Under the pieces are notes generated by a model. It made no database searches and had not been told where the DNA came from. It was given only the letters and a program-made list of their open reading frames with translations. Both the position numbers and the translations under genes were made by a program. DNA of 64,000 nt. Source: an uncultured Nitrospiraceae bacterium (lineage in GTDB: Bacteria > Nitrospirota > Nitrospiria > Nitrospirales > Nitrospiraceae). The stretch's first letter is position 1, and each line of letters starts with the position of its first letter. Location: NCBI GenBank assembly GCA_963706325.1, contig CAVPLT010000001.1, forward strand, positions 160,001 to 224,000, written 5' to 3'. Shown in pieces: positions 19,033 through 29,303 of the stretch.

Positions 19033-21441
19033 CTAGGGCTCGACTGGTGCAGGTGAGGGGCTTGACAGGGAACCTTCCAGAGCTTGGTCGAGCTTGTAAA
19101 AGTCGGTGGCATCAATCTTCGATCCTGCACTCCTGGTCGGTTCCGTCCCCTTCGTAAACAGTTCCACCGTTCCACGCTGCTCGTCTTGGTCGGTTAAGAG
19201 GGCGGTGGTGGGATCGATTTTCACGAACATGACACCCTCCGGAATTTCAAAGGGCGCCACTGGTAGCTGCTTCAACGCTTCTTTCATAAATGCCATCCAC
19301 ACCGGAAGCGCCGCATGCGCTCCCGATTCGGTTTCACCCAACGGACGCCGGTCGTCGAAGCCTACCCAGGTTCCTGCCGCTAAATTTGGCGTGGAACCAA
19401 TAAACCAGGCATCCGTAAAGTCATTAGTGGTCCCTGTCTTCCCTGCCACGGGACGATCGATGACGGCCTTTGCCGCCACACCTGTGCCACGTTGGATGAC
19501 ATCTTCCATCATGTTTGTAATCAAATAGGCCGTCTCACGCGAAACCACTTGTCGAGGCTGCACGGCCGTTTGCTCCAGCGTGCGGCCCCCGCTGTCCTGC
19601 ACGCTTGCCACCGCATAAGGCTCGACGCGCATGCCCTGATTCGCAAATACCCCATACACCGATACCAACTCCATCAATCCCACGCTCGACGAGCCCAACG
19701 CCAGCGAGAGATCGGCAGCCAGTGGGCTCACGATCCCGACGGTCCTCGAAAAATCGATTACATTCCGAATGCCCACCTTATCCAGCAGCCGAACGGTGGC
19801 AAGATTGTGCGAGTGGATCAAGGCTTCCCGTAAACTCACGATGCCGTGAAACCGCTTGCCGTAGTTCTCGGGTTTCCAAGTTTTATCTTCTTCCTCTTGC
19901 TCATATACAACCGGAGCGTCCAAGACGACCGTAGCGGGGCTCATGCCTTGATTCATCGCTGTCGCATAGATGATTGGCTTGAACGCAGATCCCGGCTGAC
20001 GACGGGCGAGCACAGCTCGATTATATTCACTGCGCGTGAAGTCATATCCGCCGACCATGGCGCGAACCGCACCGGTCTTCGGATCAAGCGCCAGCAGGGC
20101 GCCTTCCGCGATCGGTGTTTGCTCCAATCGCAGATGCACGTTCTCCTTCTCCAGCTTTTTGACTCCGACCTCGATGACGTCGCCGAGCGTCAGCAGCTGC
20201 TTCAGATTCTTGACCACAACGACATCCCTGGTAGGGTCCTTGCCTTTCAGGTACTTGGATGCCCAAGCCATATCGTCAAATGCGAGCCGTCCCGTGCTGC
20301 CTCCAATTTGAACGAGCACGTGATCCTTCGCAATTTTCGTCACGACGCCTTCCATCGTATCCCCCTCTGAAAGTTTCACCGAGAGATCGGGTGCCGGCAC
20401 TTCCATGGTGGCAAGATCGACGGTGCGAATCGGGCCTCGCCAGCCCTGACGCTTGTCCACCTCTCGTAATCCATTGAATACCGCTGCTTCAGCCGCCTTC
20501 TGCATATCGGCATTCAGCGTCGTAAATACTTCCAATCCACCCTTGTAGACCATCGCTTCGCCGAATTTTGCGACCAGCAATTGCCGGATATACTCCACAA
20601 AATACGGCCCCAAGTGTTCGCTGCCCGGACGCCGAAAGTTCAATTTTTCAGCCACCGCCTGCTCGCGGTCCGCTCGACTGATAAATCCTGCCTCCTCCAT
20701 CCGCCCCAACACGTGCTCTTGCCGTCTCTTCGCCCGATCATAGGCCTTAAAGGGAGAATAGTGACTCGGCGACTTAGGGAGACCGGCGAGAAACGCCACT
20801 TCTGCCAACGATAATTTCGGGAGCTCCTTGCCGAAATAAGTTTGTCCCGCCGCCGCCACGCCGTAGGCGCCTTGGCCAAAGTAGATCTGATTCAAATACA
20901 TCTCCAAAATCTGGTCTTTCGTCAGCACCAACTCCATCTTGTAGGCCAAAATCAGTTCACGAAGCTTGCGGTCAAAGGTCCGTTCCGAGGAAAGAAACAG
21001 CGAACGTGCCAGTTGCTGGGTGATGGTGCTCGCCCCTTCGACTCTCCGTCCGCCATGGCGAATATTGGTCCAGGCCGCCCGAATGATCCCCACGATATCC
21101 AAGCCCGGATGTTCGAAAAACCTCGCATCCTCCGTTGCAATCACGGCGTGCGTGAGACTTTTGGGAATTTCCTGGATAGGCTTGAGAAAGCGCCGCTCGA
21201 TGAAGAATTGTCCGATCACTTGCCGGTCATCGGAATAGACTCGTGTGACCAGGCTCGGCTGATAGTTCTGCAGAGGCTCCAATGACGGCAGGTCCTGAGA
21301 AAAATACCAGAGGATGCCGGCCGCTCCACCACCCCCTAGCACCAGGATGAGCAGCAGTCCGATCAAGATGATCCGCCCCCACCGCCAGCGACGACGAGGC
21401 TTCTCCGGCTTATCGAGTAAGTGATCGAATTCAGATGGCAT
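19033..21441 (-). CDS. mrcA: Class A penicillin-binding protein 1A
   Basis: EDARFFEH and GASTITQQ (transglycosylase); SAFK, SHN and KTG (transpeptidase). Confidence 0.93.
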   Translation of the reverse strand: MPSEFDHLLDKPEKPRRRWRWGRIILIGLLLILVLGGGGAAGILWYFSQDLPSLEPLQNYQPSLVTRVYSDDRQVIGQFFIERRFLKPIQEIPKSLTHAVIATEDARFFEHPGLDIVGIIRAAWTNIRHGGRRVEGASTITQQLARSLFLSSERTFDRKLRELILAYKMELVLTKDQILEMYLNQIYFGQGAYGVAAAGQTYFGKELPKLSLAEVAFLAGLPKSPSHYSPFKAYDRAKRRQEHVLGRMEEAGFISRADREQAVAEKLNFRRPGSEHLGPYFVEYIRQLLVAKFGEAMVYKGGLEVFTTLNADMQKAAEAAVFNGLREVDKRQGWRGPIRTVDLATMEVPAPDLSVKLSEGDTMEGVVTKIAKDHVLVQIGGSTGRLAFDDMAWASKYLKGKDPTRDVVVVKNLKQLLTLGDVIEVGVKKLEKENVHLRLEQTPIAEGALLALDPKTGAVRAMVGGYDFTRSEYNRAVLARRQPGSAFKPIIYATAMNQGMSPATVVLDAPVVYEQEEEDKTWKPENYGKRFHGIVSLREALIHSHNLATVRLLDKVGIRNVIDFSRTVGIVSPLAADLSLALGSSSVGLMELVSVYGVFANQGMRVEPYAVASVQDSGGRTLEQTAVQPRQVVSRETAYLITNMMEDVIQRGTGVAAKAVIDRPVAGKTGTTNDFTDAWFIGSTPNLAAGTWVGFDDRRPLGETESGAHAALPVWMAFMKEALKQLPVAPFEIPEGVMFVKIDPTTALLTDQDEQRGTVELFTKGTEPTRSAGSKIDATDFYKLDQALEGSLSSPSPAPVEP

Positions 21442-21607
21442 GGAGTGGGTGATTGCGAGGAAAGAGGTCAACCCGCTACACAGACACCATACAATGTGCC
21501 TCCGACAAACTCAAGCAAGCTTCGAAATCATCAACTCGCGAGGCATTTGGAAATAATTTCGCTCCGGCTTGTGGAACGATACTCGAGTCATGTATACTCC
21601 AGCGGTT

Positions 21608-21639
21608 AAGACGCCTTCATAGGAAGGCGTCTTTTTTTT
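21608..21639 (+). terminator. Intrinsic-terminator-like hairpin in the typA leader
   Basis: AAGACGCCTTC-ATAG-GAAGGCGTCTT followed by a T-run, ending ~25 nt before the typA ATG. Confidence 0.6.
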
Positions 21640-21663
21640 GGAACTCTCACGGCATTGGAGATT

Positions 21664-23547
21664 ATGAACACCTCAGCGCCCTCATCCACAGCCCCTGGTC
21701 TGCATGCGCCGCAAGGTCGTCGGACCGACATTCGCAACATTGCCATCATCGCGCACGTCGACCACGGCAAAACCACACTGGTCGACGCCGTGCTGCGCCA
21801 GACTCACGTGCATCGTAAGATCGATGATATGGGCGAACGCATCATGGACTCGATGGATCAGGAGCGCGAGCGCGGGATCACGATCCGAGCCAAGAACGCG
21901 AGCGTCACTTACAAGGGCGTAAAGATCAACATCGTCGATACGCCGGGGCACGCCGATTTCGGCGGCGAAGTGGAGCGTACGTTGCGAATGGTAGATGGGG
22001 TGTTGATTCTCATCGATGCGAAGGAAGGCCCCATGCCGCAGACCACGTTTGTCTTGCGGAAAGCACTGGCCCTGGGGCATAAAGCCATTGTCGTCATCAA
22101 TAAGATCGACCGTCCCGATGCTGTCATCGATGATGTGGTGAACCGCACATTCGATCTCTTCGTGCATCTTGGGGCTACCGACGAACAGCTCGACTTCCCC
22201 ATTGTCTACACATCAGCCATCAAAGGCATCGCGACCCTCGACCTCAAGCAACCGGGGACGGAGATCTCCCCGCTGCTGGAAACCATTCTGGATAAGATCC
22301 CCGCGCCGGCCATCAATCCCGATGCTCCGTTTCAGCTCCTCGTGCTCGCCCTCGCTCAAGACTCCTATAAAGGTAAGATGGGGATCGGCAAGATTCAATC
22401 AGGCTCAATCGCGCGCCGCCAAAACGTGGTGACCCTCACCAAAGACGGCGGCCAGGTCGCGGGCAAAATTTCCGATCTCGCCGTCTTCTCAGGACTTGAG
22501 CGCGCGGATGTTGAAACGGCCGAAGCCGGTGAGATTGTGGCTCTCTCCGGGCTGGAAGAAGTGAACATAGGGGATACCATAGCCGACCCGTCGAATCCCG
22601 TCGCACTCCCGCGTGTGACCATCGATGAACCGACCGTGCAGATGACTTTTTCCGTGAACAACAGCCCTTTTGCCGGCCGCGAGGGGAAATACCTCACGTC
22701 GCGCCACCTGCGTGAACGGTTGTTCAAGGAACTGGAAACCAACGTGTCGTTGCGTGTGCAGGAAACCGACAGCGCCGACCGTTTCCTCGTCGCCGGCCGC
22801 GGCGAGTTGCATCTCGGCGTGCTCATCGAGCAAATGCGTCGTGAAGGCTATGAGCTGCAGATTTCGCAACCGGAGGTGATTCTGCACCGGGACGGCGATC
22901 AAGTCACAGAACCGTTTGAAGAGCTGACCATCCAGGTTCCCTCTGAATATCAAGGTCCCGTTATCGAGGAGATCGGCAAGCGGCGTGGTGAACTCCGCCA
23001 CATGAAACTGGTGCATTCGGAAGGCACGGCCAGCGAAATGCACATCGAGTACCACATCCCGACACGCGGCATCATCGGCCTTAAGAACATTTTGTTGGCC
23101 AAAACGCGCGGTACCGTGATCATCCATCACGTATTTTCAGACTATGCGCCCGCTGATGAAAAAACGCTTCTCGTGGCACCCCATGGCTCGCTGGTGGCCT
23201 TCGAAGCGGGAACGAGCACGGCCTATGCTCTCTTCATGACCCAAGAACGCGGCGAACTGTTCATCGGTGCGTCGGTTGACGTCTACCAAGGGATGGTCGT
23301 CGGTCAAAACAGCCGGGACGAGGATCTGGATGTGAACGTGTGCAAACAAAAGCAGCTGAGTAATATGCGGGCTGCCGGCACGGACGAGGCGTTGGTGCTC
23401 ACACCGCCGCGTGAAATGTCATTGGAATTTGCGATGGAATATATCGGCCAGGATGAACTGGTTGAAGTGACACCAAAACATCTCCGCCTCCGCAAGCGGC
23501 TCTTGAATCCAGACGACCGTCGGAAAGCGAAGAAAAGCTCAAAATAA
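21664..23547 (+). CDS. typA: Translational GTPase TypA/BipA
   Basis: AHVDHGKTT, DTPGHADF, NKID, GRGELHL. Confidence 0.96.
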   Translation: MNTSAPSSTAPGLHAPQGRRTDIRNIAIIAHVDHGKTTLVDAVLRQTHVHRKIDDMGERIMDSMDQERERGITIRAKNASVTYKGVKINIVDTPGHADFGGEVERTLRMVDGVLILIDAKEGPMPQTTFVLRKALALGHKAIVVINKIDRPDAVIDDVVNRTFDLFVHLGATDEQLDFPIVYTSAIKGIATLDLKQPGTEISPLLETILDKIPAPAINPDAPFQLLVLALAQDSYKGKMGIGKIQSGSIARRQNVVTLTKDGGQVAGKISDLAVFSGLERADVETAEAGEIVALSGLEEVNIGDTIADPSNPVALPRVTIDEPTVQMTFSVNNSPFAGREGKYLTSRHLRERLFKELETNVSLRVQETDSADRFLVAGRGELHLGVLIEQMRREGYELQISQPEVILHRDGDQVTEPFEELTIQVPSEYQGPVIEEIGKRRGELRHMKLVHSEGTASEMHIEYHIPTRGIIGLKNILLAKTRGTVIIHHVFSDYAPADEKTLLVAPHGSLVAFEAGTSTAYALFMTQERGELFIGASVDVYQGMVVGQNSRDEDLDVNVCKQKQLSNMRAAGTDEALVLTPPREMSLEFAMEYIGQDELVEVTPKHLRLRKRLLNPDDRRKAKKSSK

Positions 23548-23585
23548 CCACGTGGGGCGCTCTACGGCCCCGACGCGCGGCCCGC

Positions 23586-24344
23586 ATGAAGATTCGTAAA
23601 AAAAAAGCCGCGAAGGTTTTTCCGGCCAGGCCGCCACTGTACCTAGTCGGTTATCGCGACTCGCCTCCATCCCTCGAAGACTTGAAAAGTTGGTATGACC
23701 TTCACTACGGAGGACCGCTCTCCTGGCTTCAACGAGAACCAGGACGTCCCATCAGCGCCAACCATGGTCTCTGGCACACGCACCTACTGACTAGTCTGCC
23801 TGAGGCCGACAGGTCACGATGGCAGGGCACCTTGTCGTGGGATCACCCCTCGCTTGGGAGCGTGTCACCGGCGAGCGCTCACCCCAGCACTATTGCAGAC
23901 ACGATTCTTGTCGCTGCACGCCTCGCTCGCGGTTTCACCTTACTCACGCAAGGCACCGCCTTAGACATGCTATCCCAAGAGTATCTCAATCCTTCGGATT
24001 GGCATGATCGCCCCTTATCGATCTTTCAGACGCGAGACCATGTCACCGTCCAACACAGCGAATCCGATGATCACTCGACCGACTGGTTCCACACATTGGG
24101 CTTGAGTAAATTCGGTTTGGACGAGTTGGAAGTGATCCAGCCTCAAGGCCTGCCGGAGATTGAAACCATTGCCCTCCTCACGTCCGCGGCAGACGGGGTG
24201 TTGCGCGCCGGGCACAATCAAAAAATCGGACAGTCACTAGACCTGCCTGCTCTGGCGCGAACGATTCGGTTCGTCAAACATCGCACGGCCGCCCCGGCTG
24301 GTCGGATGGTAACCTTTCGAGAAATCGCTACGGCGCAACTTTGA
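23586..24344 (+). CDS. Hypothetical protein (DUF4261-like C-terminus)
   Basis: WFHTLGLSKFGLDELE motif. Confidence 0.6.
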   Translation: MKIRKKKAAKVFPARPPLYLVGYRDSPPSLEDLKSWYDLHYGGPLSWLQREPGRPISANHGLWHTHLLTSLPEADRSRWQGTLSWDHPSLGSVSPASAHPSTIADTILVAARLARGFTLLTQGTALDMLSQEYLNPSDWHDRPLSIFQTRDHVTVQHSESDDHSTDWFHTLGLSKFGLDELEVIQPQGLPEIETIALLTSAADGVLRAGHNQKIGQSLDLPALARTIRFVKHRTAAPAGRMVTFREIATAQL

Positions 24345-24500
24345 CCTCCGTGCCGTCCTCTGGATCACCCCGCTACGAAACTGCTCCTGGCGCTCGCCCC
24401 GCCACTCTAGGTCTTCTGGGCCCGTTGACAAGGTTTTTCCGGGCGTGGTACCACGAAAGGGTTTGCGCAGTAGCATGGGGTCTAACCTAGGAGGATCGCA

Positions 24501-24971
24501 ATGAGTGATGTGGCTGCAGAAATTAAGGTCGGCGATACCGCGCCGGATTTTACATTAAAGGATCAGGATCAGAAGGATGTGAAGCTGAGCGAGTACAAGG
24601 GGAAGAAGAATGTGGTTTTGGCATTCTACCCGCTCGACTGGAGTCCGGTGTGCCAGGGTGAGAATAAATGCCTGACCGATGATTTCCCAAAATTCCAAAG
24701 TGCCAATTCAGAACTGTTCGGGATTAGCTGCGACAGCTTCTTCTCTCACAAGGCCTGGGCGGATTCATTAGAGCTTAAGCACCGCCTTCTTTCCGACTTC
24801 AACCGTGAAGTCGTCAAGAAGTATGGACTGTACTTTGAGCCGTTGAATTGTGGCAAGCGCGCGACCGTGATTGTCGACAAGAACGGCAAAGTCGCCTACG
24901 TGAAGGTACAGGAAATCAAGGTGGCACGGGAAGACAAGGACATTCTCGCGGCTCTCGCGAAGCTGAGCTAA
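24501..24971 (+). CDS. Peroxiredoxin (AhpE/AhpC-TSA family)
   Basis: [32 protein letters not shown]. Confidence 0.9.
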   Translation: MSDVAAEIKVGDTAPDFTLKDQDQKDVKLSEYKGKKNVVLAFYPLDWSPVCQGENKCLTDDFPKFQSANSELFGISCDSFFSHKAWADSLELKHRLLSDFNREVVKKYGLYFEPLNCGKRATVIVDKNGKVAYVKVQEIKVAREDKDILAALAKLS

Positions 24972-25051
24972 GCGGCATGATGAGGACCGAGCGGGAGGGC
25001 CAGGACGACGCCCTCCTCTCGGTCTTCCCTCATAAGCTGGGGAGAGAGACG

Positions 25052-25384
25052 ATGTCGGGCACAGTCCAAGACGTTCGCGACGAGAATTACAAAGAATTTA
25101 CCGAGAGTGACGGCGCTGTAGTGGCATACGGCCTCGCCGCCTGCGAACCGTGCCAACTGTACGATCCAATTCTGGAGGAAACCGCTGCGAGGTTTCCGTC
25201 CATCAAAATCGGCAAAGCCAAGATGCACGTCCCGGGCCGATGCCGTGAAATCAAGAAGGCGCACACGTTTGAAACCTACCCCACTACACACTTCTTTGCG
25301 CGGGGCAAACTGATCCTGACTCGTGAAGGGGTGGTCGACGCGGCTGAACTAGCCGCATTGATCTCAGACCATCTCATAAAATAG
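25052..25384 (+). CDS. Thioredoxin-like protein
   Basis: CEPC motif and YPT cis-Pro motif; RBS GGAGA. Confidence 0.8.
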   Translation: MSGTVQDVRDENYKEFTESDGAVVAYGLAACEPCQLYDPILEETAARFPSIKIGKAKMHVPGRCREIKKAHTFETYPTTHFFARGKLILTREGVVDAAELAALISDHLIK

Positions 25385-25626
25385 CGCGCGCCTCCACTCA
25401 GGATCTCTTCGATTCCCTCACAAGCCCGCATGGTTTCCGGTACAGGTCAATGAGACTGCCCTCCAGCACATGCCCCCTTCCACGCGCCATAGGCCAGAAG
25501 CCATCGCGAACAGGCCCTATATGAGAAGGAAGCCCCTCAATGCACACTTCCTCCCGTGGACGGGATACAATATGCGGAGGCTGCGACAGGCACTGAACGG
25601 ATTCGCAAAGGATTAGCCGCCAACCG

Positions 25627-26496
25627 ATGTCTATAAGTAGATGTGTTCCTTGCGCCATCGCGCTACTCGCCTTCCTGCTAGTCACGCCTGCCGCGGTTGC
25701 GAAAGCCGCTGCATCACATCCTTCGCAGGCACCCACGCCAAACCAATCCCCGGGCGGCCCCGCCGAGCCGCACACCGCCCCGGTCGGTCCGCACGACAAT
25801 TCGCCGATGGTGCTGATTCATCCCGGCGAGTTTGCGATGGGCAGCGACCGTGGCCAGGATGATGAGCAACCGGTTCATCGCGTCTCAGTGAAGGCTTTTT
25901 ATCTCGATGCCTACGAAGTCACCGTCTCACGCTATGCCGAGTTTCTAACCTCACAAAAGCCGGACCCGCCGTTCAAGTGGAACGAAGCCACGGGAGGAGC
26001 CCACGAGAACAAACCGGTGATCGGCGTCAACTGGTACGATGCGCGCGACTACTGCCGCTGGATGGGAAAGCGACTGCCGACTGAAGCAGAATGGGAAATG
26101 GCTGCGCGCGGGACTGAGGGACGGATCTACCCCTGGGGTGATGTTCACCCCACCAAACGCCATGCCAATGCAGGCCAAACTATATGGCGGGGGTATGACA
26201 CGCTCACCAATGTCGGGCGTTATCAACCAGGGAAGACGCCGGACGGCCTGTACGACATGGCGGGGAATCTTTGGGAATGGGTGGCCGATTGGTATGATCC
26301 CACCTACTATCACTTCAGCCCGAGCGAAAATCCACGAGGCCCCTCAGCTGGGCCGCTCAGAGCCCTCCGTGGCGGTGCCTGGAACAATGACTCCAAAGCT
26401 ATTCGATCCACCAATCGCGCAGCCTATGCTCCCGATGCCCGCCGAAACGACGTCGGCTTTCGTTGCGCGAGAGAGGCGAAGTCTGGTGGTCGCTAG
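25627..26496 (+). CDS. Exported FGE-sulfatase (SUMF1)-domain protein
   Basis: RLPTEAEWE, GLYDMAGNLWEW, RGGAW, GFRC; lacks the catalytic Cys pair. Confidence 0.9.
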   Translation: MSISRCVPCAIALLAFLLVTPAAVAKAAASHPSQAPTPNQSPGGPAEPHTAPVGPHDNSPMVLIHPGEFAMGSDRGQDDEQPVHRVSVKAFYLDAYEVTVSRYAEFLTSQKPDPPFKWNEATGGAHENKPVIGVNWYDARDYCRWMGKRLPTEAEWEMAARGTEGRIYPWGDVHPTKRHANAGQTIWRGYDTLTNVGRYQPGKTPDGLYDMAGNLWEWVADWYDPTYYHFSPSENPRGPSAGPLRALRGGAWNNDSKAIRSTNRAAYAPDARRNDVGFRCAREAKSGGR

Positions 26497-27245
26497 AAGA
26501 GACGGGATGTGAACGTCGGAGATTCGAGAGGACGCATAGCCTGCTTCAATTCCGTCTGGTGGTCAGTGGGTCGAAGGCGGATTTTAAACACCACCCGCCG
26601 GCTCTTATCCCTATCAAGCGCGCGTGACTCGTCCCAGATCAGGTCCTGCCGACCTCGCCCGCTGGCAGAAGTCTTTTCCTGGAAACAACGATAGGCCCAA
26701 GGCGCGGAATCCTGGATCACCTCAAGCCCCTTGACCATCACATTCAACGAGCGCTCCTGGCTCAGTTTCAAATTGTAGACGTCAGAGCCGCGATCGTCGG
26801 TATGACCCTCGATCACAAGTGAATCAATTCGATCTCGCAAAGCGCCGCAAAGCAATGTTGCATAGCTCGGCATTGCTTCAACCAGGAATCGATCCGCGAC
26901 CGACGACAGCGAGCCCTTGCCGAATTCAAAATTGAGCAAGGCATCCGGAACCACAATCCGGACCACATTGGGATCGATAGTGTCGGCATCGAGCGAGAGA
27001 TCAAACCGACTAAAATGATCGCGCAGTAATCCCTTGATGTCGTCCGTGGTGCTCCGAGCGACCTTCCGCTCCGGCACCGGCAGAATCACTGACGCCTTCG
27101 CCGGTGATTCCGTTTCGGATACTTTTGTGACGTACGCGCTGAACAACAAAATGAAAATGACGGCCAGCGACGTCATTAAATCGGTAACGCCGATGGTGAG
27201 CACCGACGAGTGCTCTTGGGACTCTGTCGTAGAATTGGTGTTCAT
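26493..27245 (-). CDS. MotB/OmpA-family protein, ZorB-like
   Basis: N-terminal TM with conserved Asp (VTDLMTSLAVIFILL); OmpA-like IEGHTD, NLKLSQERS, SRRVVFKI. Confidence 0.8.
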   Translation of the reverse strand: MNTNSTTESQEHSSVLTIGVTDLMTSLAVIFILLFSAYVTKVSETESPAKASVILPVPERKVARSTTDDIKGLLRDHFSRFDLSLDADTIDPNVVRIVVPDALLNFEFGKGSLSSVADRFLVEAMPSYATLLCGALRDRIDSLVIEGHTDDRGSDVYNLKLSQERSLNVMVKGLEVIQDSAPWAYRCFQEKTSASGRGRQDLIWDESRALDRDKSRRVVFKIRLRPTDHQTELKQAMRPLESPTFTSRLF

Positions 27246-27246
27246 C

Positions 27247-28473
27247 TTATGCAGCGCCCTTCATGGATGCACCTTGCCGCCAATTCGCAAACCACCGCAA
27301 TCCCAGCATACTGTCGTCAGGCATGATGTCCTGCCCGACCTCTGGAATAGGCACTTCGCCGAAGGGGGGCGCATCAAAATTGTTTCCCATGGGTTTCACC
27401 GTAGGATCCCGCTTGAGTTCCTCAACCGAACGGGCCAGCGCCTGGATAGACTGGTTCAATTCCTGAATCGGGGCCGCCATGGTCTGCTGCATCACACGTG
27501 ACAAATCTTCCGCCAGCCGGTCCGGCGCTCCGGCGCGTCCTCCGGACTCCCGGCGGCCTAACAGTTCAACTGCCTCCCTGAGCGCAGCCACAGTGGGGAT
27601 CAGGCGATCGCTGAGGGTGCCGACGAGACGATCGCCGAGATCTCCTGACGCTGCTGCTGCCGGTACCTGCGATGCGCTGGTTCCCGGCGTAAAATTCTCA
27701 AGCATCTGCTCCATGGTTTTACGAGGGAATAATTCATCCACCATGGTGATGAACTGTTGTTGTGTCGTGGCCAAACGGTGCAACGCGGACTTTTCAATCA
27801 ACACAAACAAGTTGGCACAGACCAATCCGACGATCGAGGTCAAAAACTTGCCCGCCAATCCATTGATCAAGCCTTGGATGCCGACGATATGAGAGCCATC
27901 CGCATGGAGCTTGCTCAGACCGATAAGGATCGCCAGAAAGGTTAAGAGCAGACCAATGCCAGTAATCAACGAGGGAAACTGATGGTAGAAAGACAGGTTC
28001 AATCGTCCGTTCAAGAGGTCGCGAGGGAAAAACTCAGAGGCCGTGCGTGTCGCAAAGACCCTTGGCTCAATGAACCAGGCGGTTCGCTCTACCACGAAAG
28101 TCTTTCGAAAGTGCAACCAAGCCTGTTCGAGCCGGATCTCTTTACGCATGGCCTTATCGAGCGTCTGAAGATCATCCAAATCGACTCGGTCCGATTGCGA
28201 GCCGGAGTGATTCGCTACTTTCTTGGTGTCGGCCAAGCCGGGAATGGTCAACCACTCGGATTGAAGGCTTTTTCGACCATTAGTGAGCCGGGTGAGCGTC
28301 GGCCACACGCGAGTATAACAACCCTGAACGATTGAAATGGCCGTCGTGAGCCGGGCCACATGCCACAGAAAAAAGGCTAACAGCCCACAGGAGCCGACCC
28401 AGCTCAACAACGGACTGTGGAGCCCTCCAAAGAGAGCCACATCTTGGCTCAGGAATTCCCAGATGGACATCAT
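27247..28473 (-). CDS. MotA/TolQ/ExbB-like channel protein, ZorA-like
   Basis: PSLITGIGLLLTFLAILIGL and GLAGKFLTSIVG...IEK TM motifs followed by a helical cytoplasmic tail; 1 nt from the ZorB-like gene. Confidence 0.75.
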   Translation of the reverse strand: MMSIWEFLSQDVALFGGLHSPLLSWVGSCGLLAFFLWHVARLTTAISIVQGCYTRVWPTLTRLTNGRKSLQSEWLTIPGLADTKKVANHSGSQSDRVDLDDLQTLDKAMRKEIRLEQAWLHFRKTFVVERTAWFIEPRVFATRTASEFFPRDLLNGRLNLSFYHQFPSLITGIGLLLTFLAILIGLSKLHADGSHIVGIQGLINGLAGKFLTSIVGLVCANLFVLIEKSALHRLATTQQQFITMVDELFPRKTMEQMLENFTPGTSASQVPAAAASGDLGDRLVGTLSDRLIPTVAALREAVELLGRRESGGRAGAPDRLAEDLSRVMQQTMAAPIQELNQSIQALARSVEELKRDPTVKPMGNNFDAPPFGEVPIPEVGQDIMPDDSMLGLRWFANWRQGASMKGAA

Positions 28474-28614
28474 GGCGTCAGCACCTCCGGCTCAAAACCA
28501 GCAACACCGCCGACTTTAGGCCTGTGCCATTTCAACTTTCAGGCCACGGTGCTCGGTTGATGGAGGATTTATTAAATCAAGGAGTTCTATACGACTGGGT
28601 GCCCATCGGGGAGA

Positions 28615-28639
28615 CGCCTCGGCAAGAACTGCCGAGGCG
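28615..28639. terminator. Hairpin downstream of the CBS gene
   Basis: CGCCTCGGCA-AGAAC-TGCCGAGGCG. Confidence 0.55.
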
Positions 28640-28669
28640 ATGAATGTTTCTGCCGCCTACTTCTTTGCC

Positions 28670-29110
28670 TCATCCCGCTTCATCCCCCGATGGCCCGAGC
28701 CCTAATTGCGCTCGCAATAAATCGTGACGAGTGATAGATCGCACGACCTTGCCGTCCTGTACCACGGGTAGAATCTGAAACCCCATTTCGAACATGCGCG
28801 CGACGCAACTCAAGGCGGTATCTTCTTTCACCCCGACAAAGGCGGAATTCATAATGTCTTGGGCCCTTGCCTGATTGAGATCCACTCCCTTATCGATTGC
28901 GCGAATGATATCTCCCTCATTGATGAACCCTAAAAACTCAAAGTCTTCGCCCACCACAGGCGCGCCACCGAAATGGCTGGTGACCATTTCAATCGCCACA
29001 TCCATCGCACTGTCTTCCGCCTTGAATTGCCGAATGGCCGTCCCCACAATATCTCCCACCACATGATAGCCCTCGGCCGGATTGCCCGCCACACCAGTAA
29101 TGACCTTCAT
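28670..29110 (-). CDS. CBS-domain pair protein
   Basis: GAPVV...GFINEGDI and LPVV...SITRHDLL; RBS GGAGG before the ATG at 29110. Confidence 0.85.
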   Translation of the reverse strand: MKVITGVAGNPAEGYHVVGDIVGTAIRQFKAEDSAMDVAIEMVTSHFGGAPVVGEDFEFLGFINEGDIIRAIDKGVDLNQARAQDIMNSAFVGVKEDTALSCVARMFEMGFQILPVVQDGKVVRSITRHDLLRAQLGLGPSGDEAG

Positions 29111-29303
29111 GATCGCCTCCATTCTTATCCAAATGAGTAAGGCCCCCTTTCGGAAAGGTATAGTCCTTGATGAATGGCCCCGACACTGGGGAGACCCCTG
29201 TAAGTTGCACGTGACTTCTGAGACTTGTGGATTCGGTCGTCGGTCCTGTTTAATGAAGAGGCTCGGACACACCTCCACTCATTCCTGAAAAAGGTACAGC
29301 CAC

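Noticed and set aside
25627..26496. FGE-domain protein as a DGR target or an active formylglycine-generating enzyme
   Set aside because: No template repeat or reverse transcriptase in the window; the catalytic Cys motif is absent.
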